Shown here one piece after another: positions 13,030-27,113 of a stretch of DNA of 64,000 bases. Every line of letters starts with the position of its first letter. Within the stretch, counting starts at the first letter, position 1. The notes below the pieces were generated by a model, which was given only the letters and a program-made list of their open reading frames with translations, ran no database searches and was not told the DNA's origin. This DNA comes from Paraspadella gotoi (lineage: Eukaryota > Animalia > Chaetognatha). The translations under genes were made by a program, and so were the position numbers. The DNA is taken from contig CM119263.1 in the NCBI GenBank assembly GCA_051294375.1, positions 30,443,376-30,507,375 on the forward strand. The letters are read 5' to 3'.

Positions 13030-14911
13030 ATGTTTTCCTTGACAACGGCGTTGTCGACGGTGGCCGCTCTCCTCTCCGCCCTCGTCTTCTTGGCCCTCAT
13101 CTCTTTCCGTCGCCGCCGGCGCCGCTTTTTGACGGCGTCGCGACGCCGCGCGAAGATCGACTCTCGCATTCTCGATCCGATGGAAGAGTCGATGGAAATT
13201 GGTCAACGTCGCCTCTCACTCTGGATCTACACTTCCGTCTTTTTCGTCGAATCCTCTGAAGAAGTGACTTTGCGGGCGGCGACGGAAGCCTTTGCCGCAG
13301 TGGCTCGTCGACATCCTCTCCTGCGGGCGAGGATCGTCGAGGGAGCGGAGGGGTGGTCATACTTGGAGGAGATTGAAGATTTCGCGCCGGACGTCGAGTT
13401 TTTGACTGAAGGCGGCGGCGGAGTCGGGGATGACGCAATGTGGCGCCGCGTTTTCGACGCGGAAATTAAGAAGCCGTTTAGGAGCGATAAAGAGCCTTTG
13501 TGGAGAGTTAAGGTGCGGTTTTAAGTTGTAGGAGTTATTGGTTATTGTAACTTACAAATACAAATGACTTCCTCACAATGTAAAGAAGTCGGTTGTATTA
13601 TCAGTTTGTATCATTTCGTAAAATTAATAAACTCATAAATTTTCCGCAATTATTATATTGGCTCCTATTCTTTGACAGATTTTGACGCCGGACGTGACCA
13701 ATGGCGCCACTTTCGTGACGCCCTTCATCCTCACCGTTCATCATTCTATTTTCGACGGAAACTCTTGCATGAGGTTATTGTTGTTGTTGTTGGCCCTTAA
13801 ATTTTTGATTCAAAAGATAAGGGAATGAGAGAATCTATTGGTCGCTTCCATCGTTGATAAAACTAGTAAAAATTATAAGAGGCAAATTTCTGAAAACAAA
13901 ACAACATCGCAATTAATAAACTTACCATCTTACTTACCCAGGTTCTTCGACGAGTTTCTCACCAACCTAAACCTCCTCACCTCCGGAAATTCTCTCGACG
14001 CTTCCACTCCTTTCACCGTCTCCCCCGGCATCATTTCTCGTCTTTTTACTCACCAAACGAGTTTGTCTTTCTTGACCAAATGCGGCGCCTTCCTTTATTT
14101 TTCCTTTCGCCGAATGACTCCCCCCGTCCAAGAGAGCCCGGCCTTTCTCCGCCGCCTTCGTTTTTCCTCCTCCGATTTGAAGCCGACGTCATCGGCGTCT
14201 CCACGCCTTCTGACGATCGAATTCGACGCCGCCTTCTCCTCTCGACTCCTCGACGCCGCCCGCCTCCACGGAGCCACTCTTCACGGAGCCTTCGAAGCGG
14301 CGGCCCACTTGGCCTTGGCTCGCGCCATGAAACGAGCCGATTCCTTCGACCCCAAGTCGCCCGTCGTTTCGAGCTTCAACATCGGGCTGCGCCGCTTCAC
14401 CGCGCCGCCGACGAGCGAGGAGGAGATGGGATTCTTCGTCTCGGCGACTTTCTTGACGGAACGCTTCAAGGACTCCGTCGACGATGAAGATTTTTGGGTC
14501 TTCGCGTCGCGAGTTTCGAAAACCGTTAGAGGAATACTCGAGACGAATCCTGTCCCTGGATTCATGAAATTCTTCAAGTTTCTCCACGAATTATTCCCTG
14601 AACGATTGGCCGAGGCCGTCTCCTCGAAGGATGCCGTCGATTCTCCGCGACGGACGCTCACCTGCTTCAACGTCTCCAACCTCGGCGCCTGTGATTTTCT
14701 CCGCAAGTCCGAGCAGCGGGTCTTCGAGTTGGCCTCGACGTTTTGGGCGACCAACGAGGTCGTCATGGGCCCTTTTTTCCAGCACAACATCGTCAGCGTT
14801 CGTGAGAAAATTTGCTGGACTCTCGTGTACTTTGACAACGCTGCAACGCCGGAGTTTGCTCGTTCGTACGCTTCCGATGTGGAGGATGTTTTAAGAGGCG
14901 CTGTCAACTAG
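13030..14911 (+). CDS. Condensation-domain/alcohol acetyltransferase-like CoA-dependent acyltransferase with N-terminal membrane anchor (exons 13030-13512, 13679-13773, 13942-14911)
   Basis: RRHPLLRARI, KEPLWRV, catalytic HHSIFDG, HGATLHGAF, NIGLRRF, VSNLG motifs; hydrophobic N-terminus. Confidence 0.8.
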
Positions 14912-15568
14912 TGGATTTGGGGACATTTTAAACTTAATTTTGAAAGACATCAAGGCCCTTTAAAGATAATGGAGTTCTTGTGATCCAACTGTGATCAAAA
15001 GCTTAAACCTTTGTGATTCAAAATGCTAGTTTCCCTTTGAGCGGGTACTTTACTGAAACTAAGCAATGCCTTGTATTTGTAATGGTGAACAGCATTAATT
15101 TTTCTTTAAAAACCACTGCAATATTTTTTTTCTTTATTGATGAAAATCAAACGCTTTTATTTTTTGTAATTATTTGGCACTGTCATTATAGAAATAATGA
15201 TATTATTTATATTGTATATGGTTTTACTGTTTTTTACTGGTACGTTTTATTCCTTGGGTTTTATTGTTATTGTTTTTCAGGTTTTATCTTCAGATCCAAA
15301 TAGGGTTTGGGTTTGACCGTCTTATTTTTAATGTTTTATTGATTGTTTCTTTCCCCATGAAATTTTTCTCCCAGCCGATTGAAGAAATTCAAGTGAGGGC
15401 ATTGAAAATGGAGGCGTGAGCGTCTCCGAAGCGCGCCAACTCTTAATCGTTGCGATGCTACCAGCGTCAAACAGAAATGTTAATATCAAGTCTAACTGTA
15501 CAAATGAAACTCGGTAGTATTCGCAATATTTCGTCAACTCTCCCGTGAATGTGTATGCGTATTGAAAG

Positions 15569-18595
<3,027 letters not shown>

Positions 18596-21500
18596 GAACA
18601 TTTCCTCGTGATAAACGGCATCGAAAAAAAAGTCCAAAAGAAAAAAAAAACTAGTGAATTTAAGCTTCTAGAAAATTAAAAAAAAAAAGAGAGTGATGAA
18701 ATTTTTGTGCGTAATGATGTATTGGGTGTTAAGTGCACCTCACGCATTTATTTACTTGTCTGATTTGTTTTTTGTGTTTTTTTTTTTAAATATTTTGCAC
18801 AGCGAATCAGAATAACTAGTCGTTGTAAAGCACCTTATAACCCGAGCAAGTACCGTATGGCAATATTTTAAATTTATCCATTTTTTTAAAGTATTTTTTA
18901 TTAGATAGTTTGATAATTTGACAGGTTTTACAGTTTTTTATGTCAAGTGATGCAATTCAATTTTTTTCCCTAAAACAACAACTGAAAATGAAATCGGTGC
19001 CTACCCTAACTCTGGAATTAACCACGCTCGAATCGGGCAAGTTTTTGCAAGCGTTTAAGCCGGTTGACTATCATCCTATTCCAATCCCTTGTCTTGTCTC
19101 CCAAGTGGTATGTTTCGCATTGAGTAGTAAAAGCTAATCAGGTAGCTTTCCTTTCACCTTTGTTTAGAAACTGTGACTTGTTGACCGTAGTAGGACACGG
19201 TGTTTTTCATATGTTTTCTTTGGACGTCAAAAGGAAAAAAACGTAAATATGTTTTTAGAGGCAGATTCATTCCTTTGTGTTGCATTACGCTCATAACAAG
19301 CACCTATTTTTTTAATAATTTCTTGGGTCTCCGAAATTGTATAGAAGGGTATGGCAGTTGGAAAGAATTATGACTCATTATCTTCTTCAAACTTCATTTA
19401 TTATACAAGGAATCTAAGAGCGTCAGCAGTTGGCTTTATACTTTATGAATAGTGCTTACAATAGGTATTAAAAAATTAAGTTTGTTAATAACATTATTTA
19501 GGAGGCAAATACAAAATTTTCAAAGAATAATAGTTTATAAGATTACCTCATTTCTATTGATTGCCATAATTTTCATATCAGTATGGGATATGCTTTTTTC
19601 ATGTCATAAATATTGGCAGTTTAAATAATAATTACTTATTGAATTACAAATTTTTTTTGGGGGGGGTCTTTTCGACCCATCAATTTTTCAAGAAGATTTA
19701 TTTGCATATTATAATGCTAATTTTTGAAAGCGGGAATAATCTGTGGTCATTTTTGAAGTTATATGCACCCCAAATTGTAGAGTTCAAAATTTGTTTCGCA
19801 TCTCCGATTATATTTTGAGTTTTATGATAAACGTAGAGCGAAGACTTTTTTAATTAAGATCATTCTTTTCCTTTCTTCCTTTCGGTCTTTCCTCTTTTTT
19901 CTAATGAATGGATTGATTTAGGAATTGAGAATTTAATAAAAACTTATTCACGACTCCGATGGTTAAAAGTGAATAGTTAACCATTTTCGAGTCAACTGAT
20001 GGAATGTCTGCCTATGGTCTCATCGGTTATTTAAGTTTTTCAGGATAAATCAAATTATGTGAGAGTCGACAAACGCGGAGCCACGGGGGCCACGCCTTGT
20101 CGAAGACTCGTCCTCCGTATATTGGTTGCGATCAGCGGTGGACAGTCAAGTTTTAAATGTATTTTAAATGACAAAACAAAAAAGCGGAATCTGGGTTTCA
20201 ATGTTGGAAGCATCCTCCTCATTAGCCAGTAGTTTGTGACGTCAGCAGATTTCGCCCGAAGAGAGAACCTCTCTTATTTAGCGAGATCCCAATAAATGTA
20301 TGCTCATATTTAAACTCTTATTATCAACTGCTAATAAAGCATTTGTAACTTTTTTCAATAATTCAAGAGATTTTCACCGTACGTTTCATATACATATATA
20401 TATTAAGATACGAATTCGTTAAAAATAAGTTAACTTCAGTCTTCAATCATTTAAGTTAGCACCATAAGACTGAAAAAAACCTACGTGAAATTCTCTTTTA
20501 GAACTGAAAAATTGAGACATAAAACTGAATTCTCCGGTTTAATTCGAAGCCAATTCCCATCATACATTCAAGTCAAGTACTTTGGAACTGATTTTGAAAA
20601 AAACCATTGAATAAGGTTCACTGATCTCGATCTTAATTTGCTGTATTTTCAAACTCTTGTTCTATTCCACCTCAGGATTGACCGTGATCTTTAAAAAATT
20701 TAAATTATAAACTATTCTATCATGTTATATTATATTTAATTCATATCATAGATGCAGCATTCATAATATTTTTATGTCTATACATTAAAAGTTCTTGGTA
20801 GAAATATCATACATTTACTGTAAATTTTAAGGATAATACTCTTTTTTATTAAGTGACTTGACGGTAGGCTAGTTTGTTTTACAACATTTAACTTAGTATA
20901 TTTATATTTGCGAGAATATTTTTAACCAAAACCAATCGCCTACCACATAAAATACCAGTCTACTATGTGTAAAAATAATTATATATTCATTTTTTAAATA
21001 AAAAATGTTTCGCTCCTGTAACAACACGATTTTTAAATTTATTCCAAACTGTGAATATTTTAAGAGTTTAAACTTATGCATGTAAAATAAACTTTATTAT
21101 TAATTTACATGAGACTATGATCCTCTCCTTTCGTCTTTTGGTGTATATAACCGACAAAAAATGCCATTCTAATTTTCCCTTGTAAGTATACAGTTGTGCC
21201 TAAAACATACACACTGTTCCCATTTTCCGTTGTTCGAATGATAAAATATGTAAGATAATTTTGGCAGTCCAAAATTTAAATATATCAGAAGTTGTCTTGA
21301 ACCGTGTATTTTGCTTCAAATTTTTTCTAAATGTTTAATTCAGCTCAATAAAAGTGTATTTAAATTAGCTAGCTTCCTAAAAATATGGTTATGGTCTCTT
21401 TGATAAGGTTTTAATAATTTTTTCCTATTACATCTAATATAATTAATAATAAATAGTTAAAAAGTCATATTAATTAACATTTTTTAAAGATTTCAGTAAA

Positions 21501-22176
21501 GTAAATTGTAGCTTCCATTTCGAGCATAGATTTGCTTTTAATTTCTTGATTCATAAACACTAAAGTTTAATATCTGTTATTTATTTTTTTTGTTTTTCCG
21601 ACAAAAAGAGACGCTTAACCGAGACCAGAATGACGCGGTTTAGTCCTCATTCTTTAAAACAAAACATAATCTGATATCATTTTTCGCGTAAAAAAGGTTT
21701 TGTGCGATTTTGGGAATTGGATTCGTCTTCAGCGTCTGGACGACGGCGAGTTCAAACTTCGGCCGTAACCTCGCCGAGGATCGCCCCATTTTAAACATTC
21801 ATCATTTATAAATATATATATTATATATTACGTTTATAAATATGTCAGGAAGAAAAGGGTTTCTTTATTTTTCGTCCCAGTTTTGTCGTAATTTCATAAG
21901 TTTCTTTCTTGTCAACAATTTTAATTCGTTCATGAGCCAATCGTAGTTATGTTTTTACTTTGATTGCTTTGTTGCTTTTCATTTTTTGTCGTTAGCCAGA
22001 TATCTTAGTATACCGTTGAGTGGCCTATAACTGATTTTGTGTTGTTTTTTTTGTTCATTTCTTAGTGAAATTCCTCTTAGATTAAACATTACATAAAAAC
22101 AAAACAAAGAAATGACTAAAAATTAAAATCCTTGTAGGATTTTTCGGAAATCTAGCGGAAATCTATTAATAGCATC

Positions 22177-25100
22177 ATGGCCTGCACCTTGGCAAGCATA
22201 GAGTTTCCGCGACTTTTCGTCTTCGCCTGTAATCACTGCCAGGCAACCTCGTGTCACCCTCAATTCATGAAGACCCACAAGAAGATAGCTCACAACGACG
22301 AGGTCTGACTAAGGAAAAAAAAATTTAGCTTATTTTAAAAAGTATTGATGAACAAACGAACATATACATATACATCGTTTTCCTTCAGAACGAAACTGAC
22401 GAAGAGAAGCAGAAGGCGACCGCGTACACGGATTATTGGAAAGGATTGCGCGATTCGCAGGAGGAGAAGATTCGGAATCAATTCCCCAATCTTCCAACGA
22501 GGGAAGACATAGAGAGGCAGCTGCAGGCGGCTCTGAGGGTAAGGAACGAGGAAGGTGAGGGAAGGTTTAAAATGTGAGAGAATAAGGCTACGCGGTTGTA
22601 AATTGTAAGACGAAGTAAAATGTGAAGGAAAGCGTCCTGTAGGCAGTGATGTTGTTATAATATTCAATAAAATTATTTATTAAAAATTTTATTATTATTA
22701 TTATTAAGTATTATTTTTAAATAAAAAAAATAAAAACAATCTTATAGAAATTTTCATCGCCATCTGGTGTGGACACGAGGGTACTGGCGCCTCCTTCGCT
22801 GGAGACGGCAGAAACGGCGCCATCTTGGATCGAGAGCAGCGACGACGATGACGCCGCCGGCTGCGACACCGCCCCTGGACTCATCGACGCCTCCCAGCCC
22901 GAGCCTGTTAAGTTATCGGCCACGGAACAACCGGAATTCGATTCGGCTTTCATTGGCAACGTTGAAGGAAATATGACCGTTTCCAAATGTACCGCCTCGT
23001 CCGCTCTGGACGTGGCCACGCCTGAGCATGCGTTCGACTCGTCCTCAGATTTCATCCCCCACGAGGCTCTCGGTCCTGCGTCGGCTGGCGCTGAGTTCGA
23101 CCCCTCTCATTCGAGTCCGGCGTCCGTGGATGAAACGGATCCTTTGACGGAAGATTGGAAACTCCGTGCGAGAGTCCAAGTGATTTTGGACGAGAGCGAC
23201 GTGAGGGAGTCGGTTTATTGTTGCGAGCCTGTCGTATCTTCGGTCAACGAGTCAGACAATGACACAATGGTCGTCTCTAAAAACACCTTGAAGGGTTTAA
23301 AAAACAAAATCACCGAGGCGTTCAAATCTGCGATGAGATTTAAGAAAACTACAACTGGAGTTGGAAGCGGGTCTTCAAGTTCGTCTGATGGACAAAATAC
23401 GAATGAAGAAGACGTTGTGAATGATTCGCGTCAAAAACCGAATAAGGTGAAGAGAAAATGTAACGAGGAAGAAAAGAAAGAAAGAAAGAAATCCAAATCG
23501 TCGGTGTTAAGTTTTAAGAAAAAGGCGAAGTCCGTCGAACGGGAGGAAAAGGAGAAGACAGAAAGTAGGGAGAGGGAAGGAAAGGAAAAGGAGATGGAAA
23601 GAAAGGAAGAGAAGGAAAGGAAAGAAGAGAAGGAAAAGGAGATAGAAAGGAAGGAAAAGGAGATAGAAAGAAATGAAGAGAAGGAAAGTAAAGAAAAGAA
23701 GAAAAAGGAGATAGAAAGGAAGGAAAAGGAGATGGAAAGAAATGAAGAGAAGGAAAAGAGAAAGGAAAAGGAGATGGAAAGAAAGGAAGAGAAGGAAAAG
23801 GAGATAGAAAGGAAGGAAAAGAGAAAGGAAAAGGAGATAGAAAGGAAGGAAAAGGAGATGGAAAGAAATGAAGAGAAGGAAAAGGAGATAGAAAGGAAGG
23901 AAAAAGGAAAGGAAAAGGAGATGGAAAGAAATGAAGAAAAGGAAAGGAAGGAAAAGGAGATGGGGAAGGAAAGGAAGGATGAGAAAGAAAGCAAGGCAGA
24001 GAGAAAAGAAAGGAAGGAGAAAGAGAGGAAGGAAAGAAAGAAGAAAGAAAAACTAGAGAGGAAGGAGCAGGAGAAAAAAGTGGAGGCAAAGAAAGCTCCT
24101 GAGGAGCAGAAAATGTTGGAGATTACAGCGGCGCAGCACGTGGAGGGAAAGTCGGAGGCTAAGATTAAGAACAAAGAGAAAGACTCTAGTAGAATAAAGG
24201 AAAGTGAAAGGAAAGGTTCCGCATCGGAAGAAGGGAGATTCATGGCGGGGAAAAAGAGAAAAAAGAGCGGCACGAGGGAAGAGGAGAGTAAGAAGAAGAA
24301 GAAAAAAGAAGACGGCGAAACGAGAATGACGACTGCAAAGGAGTTGGAAAAGGAAACAGAATATAAACAAATTGAGATCAGCGTGAATGAATTCATAGAC
24401 GAAATCGCTTCGGAGTTTGACGGAAATGACGGAGAGAACCAAGTCGCTAAAAATTCCAAATCATTAGATAATTTTGTGAATTCGGAGACAACAAACGCAG
24501 CCAAATCTATAGCAACCAAAGAACACAAAAAAATTACCAGTAATGAATCTAAAATTACGGCAAAGCCAACTTATCCGAAAGGTGATAAGCAAAAAATATA
24601 CATAAAAGACAGCGGAAGTCACCAGGACGAGAATAAAAATAATGAAGGCGTCGATCCTAGGTCGGGTTCCGAAAATATCGACTCTGGAACTGGAACGAAA
24701 CGTAGCCAGAGCGAGGGGAGGCGAGAGAATGAGACTGAAGAACAAACCGAAGAATCTGAAACGACGCAATTAGGATCTCATCCGATCAAAAAGAAGAGAA
24801 AAGAATCGGGGAAAGTCAAGGAGAGTGGGTCAGACGCGGTTGAGCACAAATCGAAGAAGAATGAAAAAGATTCGAACTGTGAGACGGGATCCAATAAAAA
24901 AGAAACGCAATCTCAGTCTAAAACGATTGAGGCTTTTCATGTGAAGTCGAAGAAAAAAAAAAGTGGTGAATACTCGACTGCCGTTAACGAATCCCTCCCT
25001 AAATCTCCATCCATCCCTCAATCCCTATCATCTGTCCAAAAATCTGCATCCATCTCCAAATCCACGTCATCTGTTCTCGAATCTCCGTCCATCCCTCAAC

Positions 25101-26814
25101 CCGTATCATCTGTCCCAAAATCTGCATCCATCTCCAAATCCACGTCAACTGTTCCCAAATCTCCCTCCATCTCCCTATTCTTATCTTCAGCCTCTCATTC
25201 CGCGTCATCAATATCCAATTCCTCAACCAAATCTTACAATTCTCGCGTCTCGGGCGACGGCGAAGACGACGTCTTCTACTCTGACGAACCTCAAGACAAA
25301 TCTCAGGAAAACTTTTCTATTTCTCCTTTAACTAAGACTCTACCCGCGGCGATATCAATTTCAAATGCCTCACCCACATCGAGTGTCTTACCAAGATTTC
25401 CCCTCACCACACCATCGACGAGAACCGTCAGATGTCAAAGCAACCCATCGTCCATTCTTCCTCCGCCACCCAGATTGACGAGTTTCCCTCGACCCTCCAG
25501 CACTCCGGCCAAACCGTTGGAAGCTTCTAACGTGGCGACGCCGGATCAAAACTCGTCGCCCATATTCATTAAAATGGAGCCGCGGAAAACCTTCGGCGCC
25601 ACCGACGCCGCCGTCGCCAGTTCAAATTACACGAGTATTGAAGAAGCCTACAACATTTTCGGCGCCTGTCCGCAGAAGGAAGGCCACTCCTACGCCCCAA
25701 ACCCGTCTTCGTCGCCATCGCAGATGACGTCCTCTTCCATAGAACCAATGCGGATGACCTCACTGCCGAACGATCGTCTCATTTCCTCTCCCGCGACATC
25801 GTGGCATCGAATCTCCACCCCAATGATGATGACTCCACGAGAGGTTCCAACGTCTGTTATGGGACCCAACGTTCAACTCAATCCTCCTGCGATGTCTTTC
25901 AACCTCTATCCATCGAGTTACAACGCGCATACCTCATCTGCCACGCCCAATGCGTCGGCGCCAAGAGTCGAGGGTCATTTTCCGCATGACGCGTATGCCG
26001 TCCACCATAGTGGCTCCATCAGATACAACCCGTCCAATATTGCCCCTTACCAGATGCATTCCTCGACTTACCCTTTCCAGCCGCAGCTCCTCGGATCTGC
26101 CCTCTCGAACGTGACCGCTTTTCCCGTTTCTTCCGCCCGCGTTGAGTCCGGGTCGACGATGCCGAGTCACCACGAGATCCAAACCGGTTTTGACCCCAGC
26201 GTTTATTCCAATACTCGTAGCAACGTTTCCGTTACGCCGACACTCAACTCTTCCAGAGTTTCCGTTGTTCCGAATCAAACAAATTTCAACATCCCCGCCA
26301 CCGGCCGCGTCAACATCCCCGCCACCGGCCGCGTCAACATCCCCGCCACCGACCGCATCAACATCTCCGCCCGCTGTCATTCCAGCGGATCCAGCCTTTC
26401 GTCTGTGAAGCGAGAGGCTACGCCAGAGGTGGAGGTGGACCCCGTTACGGATGGCGAACCGATGCTGAGCAGTTGTTGGGTTTGCACCGACGAAAAGGAA
26501 TATGAGATGGATGAGCTCAGGTAAATTAAATTTAAGTTTTTTTAATTATAACTAATTTATTTTTTAAATATAAAATTTTATTGGATTTCTTTAGACATCA
26601 CATCATGAATCACTTACGTGGAGTAAAAGATTGCCCCTTTTGCGGCCCCTGTCAAGACTATCGATCCGGAGATCACAAGAGTCTCACAATTCACTATCTC
26701 CGGTGTCATCACTACGTTCCGACTTTTAAATGCAAAGGATGCGGCGAAAAACTCGTCTTTCGTAGTGACATCGCTAAGCATTGGTGTAGCACTAGCCCCT
26801 TCGTTTACGTTTAG
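22177..26814 (+). CDS. Large C2H2 zinc-finger protein with KE-rich and S/P-rich low-complexity centre (exons 22177-22302, 22389-22538, 22748-26520, 26595-26814)
   Basis: N-terminal CNHC..HKKIAH; C-terminal CWVC..HIMNH, CPFC..HYLRCH, CKGC..HWC; 1251-aa central ORF; splice phases compatible. Confidence 0.75.
23540..24080 (+). repeat. Purine-rich coding minisatellite (EKEIERK/EKEMERNEEK)
   Basis: Repeated gaaaaggagat(a/g)gaaag units. Confidence 0.85.
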
Positions 26815-27113
26815 AACTTTTGTCTATTTTTTTAGAATTTGTTCTAAAATTGACTAAAGATATGGGTTTTTGTTATGGTTTTTAGTTATGATAAATTTTT
26901 CTTTTAAACTAGGGTTTTTTGTTTTTTTTAATTACATACTCTTTTTATAATTCCAATGTGCCTTGTGTGACAAAACGATCGAGATCGCCAGAGCCCTTTT
27001 TTGTTTTTACGCGCAATGAATTCTCCAATGTAATTTTTATCGTTTTATGGTAGTTATATATATAGTTGTGCAATTTAGACTAATTTAGTCGAATTACAAG
27101 AAACATAAACAAA

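Noticed and set aside
14281-14907. Long antisense ORFs over GC-rich exons (also within RGS12 and EXO1)
   Set aside because: Expected by-product of GC-rich codon usage on the coding strand
20062-20110. GC-rich hairpin in the GSK3-ZnF intergenic region
   Set aside because: Single occurrence, no recognisable ribozyme or ncRNA motif
23431-24528. 365-aa F/S/L-rich minus-strand ORF
   Set aside because: Antisense shadow of the purine-rich KE repeat
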